A DNA stretch of 64,000 nucleotides from Octopus vulgaris (GCA_951406725.2 OX597827.1:8370001-8434000); one strand, 5' to 3'. Shown: positions 42,393 to 56,782, counted from the first letter of the stretch. Program-made: numbers and translations. Notes: generated by a model not told the origin, from the letters alone.

Positions 42393-42853
42393 TGTAACAA
42401 GATGAGAGTTTCAGGAACACTTGAGGGGTGTCTGGTCTTATCTTGTCACATACAATAGTCGAAGAAAAGGAACCAAAAATCCGGCTGGCTTCAATAACAA
42501 TAAATAACACTTTATTCTTCGGGTTCACAGGTAAAATATATATATACATATATATTTCTTAAGGGCGAACCGGCAGCCAAGTCCACAGGACTGTTTACAA
42601 ATGTTCACTCGGGTGAGCCAAGAAGATATGGTGTTCATTCCCGCTTCGAAGAGAGAGCTTCTCTGCGCATGGGGCTTTCCCTGAGAGAAGTTATAGCCAC
42701 GTGCGCTCATTAGGGCTGCTCTTCCAAAAAGACCAATTTAGCGGGTACGCTTTCAGGTTGCAGTTCCTGTGCATGAGGGGACTTCCGGCAGCCTACTGGA
42801 AGTGATCCAATTCTGCGCATGCGCACCGAAACTTTCACAGTAGTGTCACTACA
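42393..42853 (-). mobile_element. Probable solo LTR
   Basis: TGTA...TACA termini with 4-bp flanks GATT/GACT. Minus-strand TATAA (42691-42695) precedes AATAAA (42511-42516). The element is CpG-rich. Confidence 0.6.
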
Positions 42854-43878
42854 GACTCATCACAGCCAAGTAGATAAGAACGATGTGAAATGAAGTTCCT
42901 TACTCAAGGAATTGAACCGCCAAACTTAGGTTTATAAGCAGAACATCTTAAATATTGAGTGAGGATGTCCCCTTACGTACCTATTTCTTTACTACTCACA
43001 AGGGGCTAAACACAGAGAGGACAAACAAGGACAGACAAACGGATTAAGTCGATTATATCGACCCCAGTGCGTAACTGGTACTTATTTAATCGACCCCGAA
43101 AGGATGAACGGCAAAGTCGACCATGGCCACAGTCAAATGACTGAAAGAAATAAAAAAATATCCTTGCTTTTGTCTTTTACATCTTCCTTGTTTCATTCAT
43201 TGGACTGTGGCTGCACTGGTACATCACCCTGAAGAGTTTAGCAAAACAAAAATAAAATTCGAACCCAATTCCTATTTTATTTTATGTATTCTCTCAATCT
43301 CTTTTTTCAAACCACCACCACCTCCGTGGCAGTGGTGGTGATGATGGTGGTGGCGGCGGCAGCGGTGGTGGTGGCGGTGGTGGTGGTGGCGGTGGTGGTG
43401 ATGGCGGTGGTGGTGGTGGTGGTGGTGGTGGCGGTGTTGGTGGTGGTGATGATGATGATGATGATGATGCAGTTTAGTATGTCTTTTAGAGGTTGATGAT
43501 ATGAGTATCTCTGATCACAAGCAGAAGCAGTGGGGGAACATCATAGCTATGTGTTAAGGGCTGTTCTTTAAGGTTTGAATAATTCACCCCTGGAAACATG
43601 GGTGTTTCATTCAACATCCTAAAACAACCCTTATTCGAAGATCTTTTGAGTGGGGTTGGGCTACTTGACCTGAAGAAAATTCTAACTGGGCCCCACCTGC
43701 AAGTTTATGTGCTGTGCATCTTGATATGAGGTCACCATGTCGCACACAAATGATTGTGATACATGTGCCTGGTGTACCGTTATCAGGTGGATAGGCACAA
43801 TGGATATACTAGGTTTCATATATTTGTAATCCAGTGTCATTTTGATGGCATGCATTGCTCTCTCACTCAATAAAAATA

Positions 43879-43909
<31 letters not shown>

Positions 43910-43940
<31 letters not shown>

Positions 43941-44315
43941 AAGAAGAAGAAGAAGAAGAAGAAGAAAAAGAAGGAGGGGAAGGAGGAGGAGGAGGAGGAG
44001 AAGAAAAAGAAGGAGGGGAAGAGGAGAGGGGGAGGGGGAGTAGTAGTAGAAGAAGAAGAAGAAGAAGAAGAAGAAGAAGAAGAAGAAGAAGAAGAAGAAG
44101 AAGAAGAAGAAGAAGAAGGAGAAGAAGAAGAAGAAGAAGAAGAAGAAGAAGAAGAAGAAGAAGAAGAAGAAGAAGAAGAAGAAGAAGAAGAAGAAGAAGA
44201 AGAAGAAGAAGAAGAAGAAGAAGAAGAAGAAGAAGAAGAAGAAGAAGAAGAAGAAGAAGAAGAAGAAGAAGAAGAAGAAGAAGATAAAGGAGACGAAGAA
44301 GAAGTAGAAGAAGAA
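43910..44315. repeat. (GAA)n-dominated polypurine tract
   Basis: Directly visible. It is the source of the poly-E/K/S/L ORFs. Confidence 0.95.
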
Positions 44316-45241
44316 TGTAAGTCGATAATAACACTGATAAATACCAAAGACTCCATTTTCAAATTTGACTTCTAATGTGTTATAAACTAATACATTATTT
44401 AAGTTATAGAATTCTGTTTATGCTTTTACAGTTTTGTTTGACAAAATTTACTTTAAAGTTTAAGAAATATTACACATTGGGGTTAAATAAAATGAAAACT
44501 ATTCCAATATAAAATACACAAAAAATGTAATTAATACGGCAGTAAGTGCAGAACGATTGTCATCAAGTTAATTTCAAGATACACGTACCTGATTATATTA
44601 AAATATAATAATAAACTTGTTGCATAACAGTTATATAAGCTTATTCCTTGCATTGTAAATTCGATTTGAATGATTCCAGATATAGTGTTACTTTATATGA
44701 AAGACTCTTTGCTTAATGTTGCATGAGTAATTTTTAATCTTAAACAGTTTATGATGAACTCAGTGTAGAGCAAATTTTATGTAAATCACACCTGTATGGT
44801 TTAGGCTCGTGATCGTAAGGCTGTGAGCTAGATACCCAGTGTTACATTGCATCCTTCAGCGAGACACTTCACTTCACATTGCTTCCATTCATTCACCTGG
44901 CCAAGATGGCGAGCTGGCAGACACGTTAGCGCACTGGGTGAAATGCTTAGCGGTATTTCGTCTGTCGTTACGGTCTGAGTTCAAATTCCGCCGAGGTCGA
45001 CCTTGCCAGTCATCTTTTTGGGGTCGGTAAATAAAGTACCAGTTTCACACTGAGGTCGATGTAATCAACTTAATGTCTGTGGAAGGTTCAATCAATTGCA
45101 CAACCAACGGAGAGCCAGGCCGAGTAGTAAGGTTTATTTGACTGAATCTTTTGTGTAACAAAATTTATATGTATGACTCTGTATAGTAAATTTTATGTAT
45201 GACAACATATACTGTAACTTTTACTAAACTAATCTATGGAT

Positions 45242-45642
45242 ACTCTTTTACTCTTTTACTTGTTTCAGTCATTTGATTGTGGCCATGCTGGAGCACCGCC
45301 TTTAGTCAAGCAAATCGACCCAAGGACTTATTCTTTGTAAGCTTAGTATTTATTCTATCAGTCTTTTTTACTGAACCGCTAAGTTACGGGGACGTAAACA
45401 CACCAGCATCGGTTGTCAAGCAATGTTGAGGGGGACAAACATGGACACACAAACATATACACACACATATACATATATATGATGGGCTTCTTTCAGTTTC
45501 TGTCAATGAAATCCACTCACAAGGCTTTGGTCGGCCCGAGGCTATAGTAGACGACACTTGCCCAAATTGCCACACAGTGGGAATGAACCCAGAACTATGT
45601 GGTTGGTAAGCAAACTACTTACCACACATCCACTCCTGCGCC
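45242..45642 (-). mobile_element. Family A bipartite SINE, full length
   Basis: Matches the other family A copies. Confidence 0.9.
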
Positions 45643-45944
45643 TATAGGGTTTATTTATAGAATGAGTGAGGGTTAGTCCACATTACTCTCTCAGGAGCGT
45701 AGGGGCAATTTTCTGGTTTCTCTGGGGGTACATATTCCTCTCTGGATGGGGTGCCAGTTTGTAACAGGATTACACATTTTTATCCGCTGAGTGGACTTGA
45801 ACAATGTGAAATGAAGTATCTTGCTCAAGAAACCAACAAATTATCCAATCCAAGAATCAAAACCACAATCCTATGATCATGAGTCCAACACCCTAACCAT
45901 TAAGTCAAGCACCTTTCACATGCTTATAGAACATTACACCTTAA

Positions 45945-46165
45945 CCCTTTCATTGCTGTATTTATTTTGAGATGTTCTGTATTTCTTTCAATTACTTTAA
46001 ATATAACAAAGAATTTAGTAAAATAACTTAGTTATTATTCAGCTAGCATTAGGAACATAAATTGTGAATAAGGTTTGGTGGAAGATTTTAATTGAAACCT
46101 TAAGAAAACAAGACATTTATACAACAGAGCCAGAGCCGGTTTCAGCCGGGTTGGTAACAAAAGGG
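45945..46165. mobile_element. piggyBac-like MITE (P1)
   Basis: TTAA|CCCTTT...AAAGGG|TTAA. Confidence 0.85.
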
Positions 46166-47090
46166 TTAAATCGAACAACCTTTAATTGTGAGCATGTCCG
46201 GTAAGTCCATCGTCCTCAATTCACCACAGGGAAAGTTCACCCTCATCATTTTACTATTTTTTTTAGCAATGTGATAGTTTTTAACAATTAATTGTGAGAT
46301 ACTATGGATATAGTAGTTGTATACTGTCAACTTAATGTGACAGTCCCATGAAGGGAATGATATATCAAATTTACAATGCAAGGAATAAGTTTATATATAT
46401 GGATATATTTTAATTGTAAAGTTTCCTGGTGGTGAACATTCTTCATAGTGAATTGATGACAATGAACTTTTCCTGCTGTGAACAGATGGCAGTGAACTTA
46501 CCTGTAATCAATTGTGAGACTCATATTTGAGAAAAGGTAAATTCCATCAACAGTTGCAGATTTTGTAGTGTTTACAGAATAGTGTTCAATGAGATTTTGT
46601 GACTTAATATGTTGAGCAGTACATTATTTATAAAACACATTTTGTACAGTAAATTTTACTTTACTAATCTATGGATAATAAATTTTTTATGAGTATCTGT
46701 CTTTATATATAGTAATTTGTCTATGGTATAGAAAATTTCCGGTCAGTGACTCTTTGTGTTACAAATATTATATAAAGATTATTTTATTGTTCATTTATCA
46801 TCTGCTTATTTTTTTCATGTCAAAGAGAGGTTGGGCAAAAACATTACTGAAGGGATGCTTCAGCCGGATGCTTCAGCTGGATGCTCCTTTCAGCACTAAC
46901 TTTAACCAATTTTTCAAGTAAGAGATTCTGTCTTTGAAAGTGCTGAACTATAGAATGCTTTAGTGACAAGGTGTCATCAACATATTGTCACTACTTGTGC
47001 TCATGTGATTTCATACAAAAATGTCGCAGAATGTAAACATACAAACAATTGCACACCCATATGCACAAATGACATCCATGTGCACACATG

Positions 47091-47160
<70 letters not shown>

Positions 47161-50100
47161 TATATAAATTGTGATTGCTCTGGCTTCACAGATTATTGAC
47201 ATCTCCTTGTTCTTTCTCATTGTCAATGGCATCTCTGACTTTCCATCTATGACCTCTCTAATGACTATTCAGCACTTTTCCATACCTATATGGTTTGAAG
47301 CATAGGTGACAGATGAAAGTTAGAAATTCAAAAACCATGTGTTATATTATGGAAGCAGGTAAAGGCAACAAATTGGCAGAAATGGTAGCATGCCAGGCAA
47401 AATGCTTAGCAGCATTTCCTCTGTCATTATGTCCCAAGTTCAAATTCTGCCAAGGTCAATTTTGCATTTCATCCTTTTAGGGTTGATGAAATAAATTCCA
47501 TTTGAGCACTGGGGTTGATGTAATTAACTATCCCACTTCAACAAAATTTCAGGCCTTGCACCTAAGTAATAAGGGTATACTATGGAAGAGGATATGGTTG
47601 TTGGGTGAAGAAGTTGGCTCAGGACTTCCAACTGCTTAGGTTTGTACATGTCAACTCCCTTCTTTCACCATAGGACTTTCATTAGACGAGATGACAAATG
47701 ATGTCACCATAAAGAAATATATTTGTACATCATTAAATTACAGTAATAAACTCTTATACAACATGAGCTCCTCTCTCTGAATCTCCGTGGTTATTACCTA
47801 GTAACAGGCCAAAGCTAGATGACCAGTAATCATGTGAAACTGTAGGCTTTACATCAGAGTGTCCCTCTCCTCGAAGGATACTGTGACAGCAACTAGGGGA
47901 TCGTCACTCTTGGTAATTTTATGGCACCCCCTGACACCAATCAAAGGTATTTCTTTAGCCACATGCTCAGATGGAACATCATCACATATGCTAGTTAACT
48001 TTGGACCTTGATAGGTGTTACTAGACCTGTCAGAATACACCTGGGGAAAAATAAGGGTTAAGAGGTGGTCTCACACTCCCCAAAACCCTGGAACTCCTGT
48101 ACTTGAGTTCCACTATTGGATGCAGTTTAAGGTCATACCCAGGACAATATATACAGTCACACACACACACACACACACACACATACATACATACATACAT
48201 ACATACATACATACATACATACATACATACATACATACACATATATACAGGCAGGCAGGTAGATGTATGTGTGTGTGTATGTGAGTATAGAAGCAACATA
48301 CTTTCTTACAGTTTCCATCTACCAAGTTTACTCACAAGGCGTTGATAGGTCTGGAGCTATAGAAGAAAACACCTCAGCATGTCGTACAGTGAGATTGAAC
48401 CTAAGACCAAGAGGTTACAGAGAAAACTATACAGCCACATTGTAAATTTCAAATCTTTTATCTTTTATTTATTTCAGTCATAAGACTGAGGTCATGCTGG
48501 GGCACCGGTCAAATGAATCAACCCCAGTACAGTTTTTTAAGCTTGGTACTTATTGTATTGATATCCTTTGCTGAACGATTAAGTTGCAGAGGACATAAAC
48601 ACACCAACACTGGTTATCAAGCAATGGTAGGTGATAGACACAGACACATATATGTGTGTATATATATATACATAGGCACAGGAGTGGCTGTGTGGTAAGT
48701 AGCTTGTTTACCAACCACATGGTTCCGGGTTCAGTTCCACTGCGTGGCACATTGGGCGAGTGTCTTCTACTATAGCCTCGGACCAACCAAAGCCTTGTGA
48801 GGGGATTTGGTAGACGGAAACTGAAAGAAGCCCATCGTATATATGTATATATATATATATGCATGTGTGTGTTTGTGTGTCTGTGTTTGTCCCCCTAGCA
48901 TTGCATGACAACTGGTCATAACCAGCCTAAATATTCAACTAGTTTTATGTTAAAACTGGCCATATTTGGCCTCTCATACCTTTCCTACAATGTCCTTCTA
49001 AAACTAAGCAGTCACATCATGAAAATGTCTTGGCTTCAAGATAATGATAATGCATGTTTAATTCAAGATGATGGGAATAAACAAACATTGCATTTGAGAG
49101 AGTATTCTGAGTGCTGAAGGGTTAAAGTTTAGAACCAACTGCTTTCAAATCTTGCACCAAGTGTTTTGAATAAGTAAATTCAAAAACCTTACACTCTATT
49201 GACAAAGTCATTGTCTTATTTTATTTACAAAGCCACAATACAGTAAAATATACAAATACAATGCAGTGAGGATATACCAAAAAAAAAATTCAATTCTCAA
49301 TTCTTATTCAAATTAGATAGATATGCAATCAGATTTAAACAAATAATGGACACAGAAATAAAGAAATTTGTTATTTTTATCCTGATTAAAGACGACTCTG
49401 ACTTTGTGGTATGTCTATTCCTAACAGTTAATTATGATACAGTGTTTCATATGAAGAAAAATACCCAAAATATTAGCCAGTAACAAAATCAAATTATCGC
49501 TAAAAAAAAAACCCTGACATTGTGATTATTAAGTTCACTTTTTATATATTTTCTTTTTATTTCATGATATTTTTTCCATCCATTTGTATTTTTCACTAAT
49601 GTCTTTTAACCAGTAGTTCTTTGATGTCAAAGTAATTTCCTGTTCTTAATCCACCCTTAGTCCAATAACTATCAGTGTTTATGGTTTTATATAATAAAAT
49701 TCAAACATTTTTATTTTTATTTTTACTGTCAACAAATCTATAGATTTTATTGAATCTTATAGAATACCTGAAAACATTTTTATTGAGTCTTTTGTTCCAA
49801 ACATTTTGTTTAACAAAACCGCTAAACAATAATTAATCTTTAATCTTCAAAAATATTTTCAATATTTAAAATAAGTTTTTTTTATGTTTACCCTTTTAAG
49901 ACTATCAAAGAATTACCCAATAAAACCTTAAAAATGTTCTGTGTAGTTGTATCTAGCGAAAGCTATATTAAAAATATGGAATACATCTTGTTTTAAATGA
50001 TTAAATATGTGAGTTTTCCAAAGATACCAGTTTTTGGTTGGTCCCTATAGAAACAGATATAATCTTAATTTATAAGCTAATTAGCTTTCATCTAAGTTTA

Positions 50101-50305
50101 TTGAGTCATCAAACTTAACAAGTAAAATTTTATTAGATTGCTTTCAAGTTGTTGGTGCTGTGTGGTTTAAGTTTGCTTTGTGACCACATGGATTTCTGTT
50201 CAATCCTACAGAGCGAGTTCCGTCTACTACAGCCCCCAAGCTAAACAACGCTGCATGAGAGAACATGGCAGATGTAAAATGTAAGAAACCTGTTGTGTAT
50301 GTATA

Positions 50306-50435
<130 letters not shown>

Positions 50436-50761
50436 GTATATATATATATACGTATATATGTATATATATACATATATATATATATATACATATATATACA
50501 TATATATACATACATATATATATGTATATACATATAATACGTATATATATGCATATATATATATACATATATATACATACATACATATATATATATACAT
50601 ACATACATATATATATATATATATTCATATGTATGTGTGTGTGTGGTGTGTATGTATATATATGCACACAGCTATATATAATATATATATATATAAATAT
50701 ATTGTGCATTGTTTCATAATGGAGTGGTCAACAAAAAAGTATTCCATCTAGTGAGATATAA

Positions 50762-50963
50762 ATATTATCTGATAAACACAATATATATTTTTTTTATGAG
50801 TTACTAATAGTTTTATGCAACTCAGACAGTGTTTTATAACATGTCTGGAGCCTACACGTAATCCTCAGGCAGCAAATGTGTTATAAAATACTGTCTCGGT
50901 TGTTTTCATCACATGAAACTATTAGTAGCTCAAAAATAATAGATTGTGATTATTAGATAATAT
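50762..50963. repeat. Imperfect foldback element adjacent to (TA)n
   Basis: Arms include TGAGTTACTAATAGTTT/AAACTATTAGTAGCTCA and AGACAGTGTTTTATAACA/TGTTATAAAATACTGTCT. Confidence 0.75.
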
Positions 50964-50975
50964 ATATATATATAT

Positions 50976-51482
50976 GGAGGCGCAATGGCCCAGTGGTTAG
51001 GGTAGCGGACTCGCAGTCATAGGATCGCGGTTTCGATTTCCAGACCTGGCATTGTGAGTGTTTATTGAGTGAAAACACCTAAAGCTCCACGAGGCTCTAG
51101 CAGGGGCTGGTGGTGAACCCTGCTGTACTCTTTCACCACAACTTTCTCTCACTCTTTCTTCCTGTTTCTGTTGTACCTGTATTTCAAAGGGCCGGCCTTG
51201 TCACTCTCTGTGTCATGCTGAATCTCCCTGAGAACTACGTTAAGAGTACATGTGTCTGTGGAGAGCTCAGCCACTTGCACGTTAATAAATGAGCTGCAAC
51301 GTTACTGGTGCCAAGCTGTATTGACCCTTTGCCTTTCTCTTGGATAACATCGGTGGTGTGGAGAGGGGAGGCTGGTATGCATGGGTGACTGCTGGTCTTC
51401 CATAAACAACCTTGCCCAGACTTGTGCCTTGGAGGGTTACTTTCTAGGTGCAATTCCGTGGTCAATCATGACCGAAGGGGGG
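50976..51482 (+). mobile_element. Chimeric SINE: family D head and body, family C 3' part
   Basis: 50976-51285 matches 7431-7743, and 51287-51482 matches ~8750-8945. Confidence 0.8.
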
Positions 51483-52384
51483 TCACATCATATATATATA
51501 TTGGATTCATGGCATTTGTTGCACTGGAAAAATAAAAATTTGAAGGACAAGCGAGTGGAAGTGGCTCTGCACAAACCATTCCCACTATAATAATATTCAT
51601 CATGCAGATTGTTCAGCAAATCTAAATACCATCACCAACAACAACACCAACACCTTGTCTTTGTAAATCCAGTGGCGATAGGGAAAGAGGTGACAGGGAC
51701 AGGTAGATGATGCTACTGGAAGTCTTTCACTTTGATCCTGCATGCTGCGACCATAAGTTGAGGGTTGCTTTCCACAGACTTGAGCTACCAACATTGTGCA
51801 ACTGTATCTTGCTGATCTCCCATTCATCAAAGCAATGAGAGTACACAGTAATTCCATTTCATGAGTGGAATGTGCAACAAAGCAAACGAACAGGTATGGT
51901 GTGTGGTTAAGAAGTTCACTTTATAACGACATGCTTTCAGGTTCAATCCCAATATTGGCAACCATGGTCAGGTGTCTTCTGTTATAGTTCCAGGCCAACT
52001 AATGTCTTGTGAGTGAATTTGGTAGAGAGATACAATGCAGAACTGGATAAGAACTTATTTGAGGCAGGTGATTTACAAACAAATGCTCTTGTTCTTGTGT
52101 GTCACAACTTGTTTTTTCTAATAATAGGGTTTTTTGTCCCCTGGTCTTTGAACACAGGTCAACTGGTCATGATATTAACAAGAAATGTAAATATCCTCAC
52201 AGTTTGACACACAAAACTATGCAATATAATGCTCACTCGTATTCACACACATATGAAAAAACAAACTGGCATACACATACATACATACACTTGTACTTTT
52301 ATATAAATATCAGTACATTCAAATATGTAAGTATTTGTACATACAAGTATGTGTGTATGTCTCTCTCTCTATATATATATATAT

Positions 52385-52563
52385 CACTTTGACCACTTTG
52401 ACCGACCAGTCCGTCAGGCGTCCATTTGACACCGCTGGTCACAGCACGCTGTCCACTCCTCTCTGGATCCCGCCTTTCTCATCCACGTGATCCCAATCGT
52501 CCTCCTGAAATCGTCACTCCACCGTCGTGGAGGTCTTCCGGGTGGTCTTTTCCGCTCACGCGG
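52385..52563 (-). mobile_element. RTE LINE 3' end, 5'-truncated, CpG-intact
   Basis: PRERKRPPGRPPRRWSDDFRRTIGITWMRKAGSREEWTACCDQRCQMDA*, followed by a short tandem tail GGTCAAAGT x2. Confidence 0.85.
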
Positions 52564-52865
52564 AAATGTTCTGTGTAGTTGTATCTAGTTCATATATATA
52601 TATGTACATATATGTGTGTGTATATGCATGTGTATGTGTGTGCGTCTATGTTTGTGTTTGCTTCTCACCACTAGACAACACATCTACATCCACATAACTT
52701 AATGATTTGGTAAAAAGAGAGATGATAAGAATAGCTACCAAACCTAAAACAAGCAATGAGTTTTAATTTAATTGTTTTAAAATTCCTTCAAGACGATGCC
52801 TTAGAAGAGCTACAGTCCAATATGGCTTAAGCAAGAAAATAAGTTAACAAAGACATAGACATATA

Positions 52866-53096
52866 TATTTCTTTACTACCCACAAGGGGTTAATCATAAA
52901 GAGGACAAACAAGGACAGACAAACGGATTAAGTCGATTACACCGACCCCAGTGTATAACTGGTACTTAATTTATCGACCCCGAAAAGATGAAGGACAAAG
53001 TTGACCTTGGCGGAATTTGAACCCAGAACGTAACGGCAGACGAAATACGGCTACGCATTTCGCCTGGCGTGCTAACGATTCTGCCAGCTCGCCGCC
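52866..53096 (-). mobile_element. Family B SINE, full length
   Basis: Reverse complement of 58421-58651. Confidence 0.9.
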
Positions 53097-53815
53097 TAGA
53101 GACATAGATATATAAGAGGCTTGTGTTCGACCATGAGTAAAACCCATCCAATAGATGGCCAAGCATTTCATCATTCTGAAAGGTGTAGCAATCCAAGTTT
53201 GCAAATGAATTCCTCTGATTGAAAAATATAATTAGTATAATGTTATCTCCTCCTCCTAACAGTAGTAGGAGTAAGATTAGTAGCAATGGTAGTGGCAACA
53301 GCAGGAGTAGTAGCTATTGTTGTGGTAGAAGCAGCTGCTGTTTTTGTTATTGTTTAACCCTTGGTGACCCCTCAACAAGGGGACATATAATCAAGCATGT
53401 TCAAGTTGTGATCATACTGTCTTTTAAGAGCCCACCTATGATCGAAGACATTCCTGCTATGACCATCACACATTTTATATATCTTGGACTACATTTATTT
53501 ATCCAATGTGTCCTTCTGTTTTTGAAGTCAGTAAGTTAGAATTTGAGTGAGATTTGGCTGCTATTTTAAGCAGATCAAGTAATAATGTATAAAGCTATTG
53601 TTGTATTTAGCCTCAGGCCAGCCCTGTTTGAGCAGACTACAACCATCCCATGTTTACTTTTTTTAAAAGATGGTAAGGTATAATTTGGTAGCAATTGCTT
53701 GCAATTTGAATGATCTACTAAGAGTTGTTAATTATAAGTGCAATTAAAGTAATTAAGAGAACATCTATATTGATAAATCAATGAAAAGAAAAAGATAATC
53801 AGAAGGTACTTTTAA

Positions 53816-54035
53816 CTCTTTCATTACCATATTTATTTTGAGATGCTCTGTGTTTCTTTCAATTACTTCAAATATAACAAAGAATTTAGTAAAATAACTT
53901 AGTTATCATTCAGCTAGTGTTAGGGACATAAATTGTGACTAAAGCTTGATGGAATATTTTAATTCAAAACTTATGAAAACAAGACATTTTACCACATAGC
54001 CAGAGCCGGTTTTGGCCGGGTTAGTAACAAAAGGG
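53816..54035. mobile_element. piggyBac-like MITE (P1)
   Basis: TTAA flanks and the same body as 45945-46165. Confidence 0.85.
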
Positions 54036-54269
54036 TTAAATCAATTTTCTTCCCCTCAGATACCATCTCAGGCTTGAAACATTAGTATCTTCTTCTTTCC
54101 ACATCACATAAATGTTCCTCTCAGCCGTCACTAATGAGCAAATATGGGTTAGTGGGGATGTACCATATTTCTGTTACTTGTTTTAAGAGTCTGTAGTCAT
54201 AAGTAGATGCACCCTCTTGCTCAAACCCTTCATGAGTCAGTGGAGCATCAGAGATATGGCTGTTAGGGG

Positions 54270-54300
<31 letters not shown>

Positions 54301-54591
54301 CTGCACTAGCACCTATTTGGTACTTATTTACAGTTGACTAAGCTGCAGTCATGTGAAATAATCGGCCCTGTTCAAGGACACAATGCATTGCCCAGTTCTG
54401 GAATTGAACCCATGACCTGGAGATCATGAACTGGAGAGCCTAAAAACTCGGCTACACACCCTCAAAATCTAAACAGCAGAAGGAGTAGCAGTAGTAGTAG
54501 TAGTAGTTGTTGTAGTAGTAGTAGTAGTAGCAGCAGTAGTAGTAGTAGCAGCAGCAGTAGTAGTAGTAGTAGTAGTAGTAGCAGCAGCAGC

Positions 54592-54635
<44 letters not shown>

Positions 54636-54988
54636 CAGCAGTAGTAGCAGCAACAGCAGTTGTAGAAGTAGTAGTAGTAGTAGTAGTATTAGCAGTAGTA
54701 GTAGTAGTAGCAGCAGCAGTTGCTGCTTTTGTTATTGTTCAACCCCTGGTCGGCTCTGATCAAGAAGTCATGAATAAATACGTTCAAGTTGTGATCACGC
54801 TATCTTCCTTTTAAGCTGTAGTGTTGTCGTTTAAACTCTAGTCAGCGCACATCTTGGGACCCCAAGCAAATCAATGCACCAGGCCCTATAAAATATATTT
54901 ATTGACAGCAAGCCATGACTTTTATATCAACCTGCCCTTGCTTGCCTCTGGGCCTGTGATACAAACTCCCTATTTTGAAGTGATTTAA

Positions 54989-55209
54989 CCCTTTAATGTT
55001 CGCATTATTCTACCAAAATTAATGCTTTTTCATCCACATTGTTTTAAACTAATCATGCATTATCTTGTAGCTATGAGATTTTGATGAGGTAGCTGTTAAT
55101 TTTTAAAACGATATTGTAGGGTTGGTATGAGAGACCAGATCTGGCCAGTTTGACCATAAAACAGGCAGAATACTTTTGGCCGGATATGGCCGGTTTAAAT
55201 GCTAAAGGG
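54989..55209. mobile_element. piggyBac-like MITE, second family (P2)
   Basis: TTAA|CCCTTTA...TAAAGGG|TTAA. Relatives lie at ~9070-9210 and ~48925-49120. Confidence 0.75.
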
Positions 55210-55620
55210 TTAAATTCAAACCTGTCGACAAAACTTCACGTTAATTCATATTCTAAACACCAGCTTCTTAGTGATGAAGTTACTTTACCAAATTCTCTGT
55301 TGTGCTCAAAACTGATTGAAATAAAGGCAATATATTCCAACAGGAATATGGTAACAAAAGGGTTTAGACAGCCTTGTTGAGAAGGATCATAAGATTTGCT
55401 TTTTCTCCTGACTAAAAATTAAAACAAAAATAGATACCTTGAAAGTTAGGTAATATCATAGGCATGGCTGTGTGGTAAGAAGCTTGCTTCCCAACCACAT
55501 GGTTCTGAGTTCAGTTCCACTGAATGGCAACCTTGAGCAAGTTTCTCTTACTATAGCCTCAGGTAGGCTAAAGCCTTGTGAGTGGATTTGGTAGACAGAA
55601 ACTGAAGGAGACCCATCGTG

Positions 55621-55662
<42 letters not shown>

Positions 55663-56335
55663 CACACACACATATATACATACATACATGTGAGTGTATG
55701 TGTGTGTGTGTCTGTGTGCGTGTGCTTGTGTGTGTGTCTTTGTGTCCATGTTTGTCCTCCACCACCATTTAACAGCTGGTGTTGGCATGCTTTTGTCCCT
55801 GTAAATTAGCAGTTTAGCAAAAAAAAGAAAAAGGGCCAATAGAATAAGTACTGGAGTCAATTCATTCAACTAAAAGTTCTACATGGCAATACTCCAGCAT
55901 GGCCACAGTCGAATGACTGAAACAAGTAAAAGATAAAAAAATATTATTCCTATTTCGAAATATTCATAGTTCTTATGATGTCAAATTGGCAAAATTATTA
56001 GACCAAAGTAAAGGGTGCATTAGATTATACGTTCCATCCCTTGACACTCTGATCCCATCAAGGGTGAATATGTTTCAGCCCTGTCAGGGGTTGGTAAATA
56101 AAGTGCCTTTCTTGAGGAGAAAATCAGCAAAACCGTTACAGTTGTATTTCCTCATAGCCCTGAATTCGAATTCTGCTGATGTCAACTTTGCTTTCATTCC
56201 TTCAGGGTTGGTAAAAATAAAGTATATTAATCAAATGTTTAGATAATATAACTGACTATGCCACTTCCACCACCAAAATTTGTGGCCTTGTGCCAATGTT
56301 AGAAATCAATATTATATTTAACGAATCTTACTGAC

Positions 56336-56416
56336 CTTTCCACGGATAAAGACCAACGGTGAAAGTGGATTGGCCAGTTTTGAATGCACAACATTTCTTA
56401 CTTTGTGGACTAACCC
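56336..56416 (-). CDS. Candidate 81-bp symmetric exon of an unidentified gene
   Basis: Pyrimidine tract TTCTTCTTCTTTTGACATTTTCTGTTTCTATAAG|GGG and donor AAG|GTCAGT. Two frames are open: GLVHKVRNVVHSKLANPLSPLVFIRGK or VSPQSKKCCAFKTGQSTFTVGLYPWK. Confidence 0.4.
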
Positions 56417-56507
56417 CTTATAGAAACAGAAAATGTCAAAAGAAGAAGAATGTGCATATGTTTGTATGATGCTTGTGTGCAAATAATGTGTGTGTGTGTA
56501 TGTGTGT

Positions 56508-56553
<46 letters not shown>

Positions 56554-56612
56554 ATGTATATGTGTGTCTATGCCTGTGCATACACCCATCAGTATGAATG
56601 TATTTGTATGTT

Positions 56613-56658
<46 letters not shown>

Positions 56659-56675
56659 CACATACATACATATAC

Positions 56676-56712
<37 letters not shown>

Positions 56713-56782
56713 AGTGTGTGTAAGTATTTAAGCACACACATACACATTTGTATATATATATATTCCGAAATATAACAATATA

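Noticed and set aside
47849-48040. 63-aa minus-strand ORF preceded by TTTTTCCCCAG
   Set aside because: There is no recognisable protein, and the acceptor side looks from memory like a dispersed repeat (unverified). It remains unresolved without RNA data.
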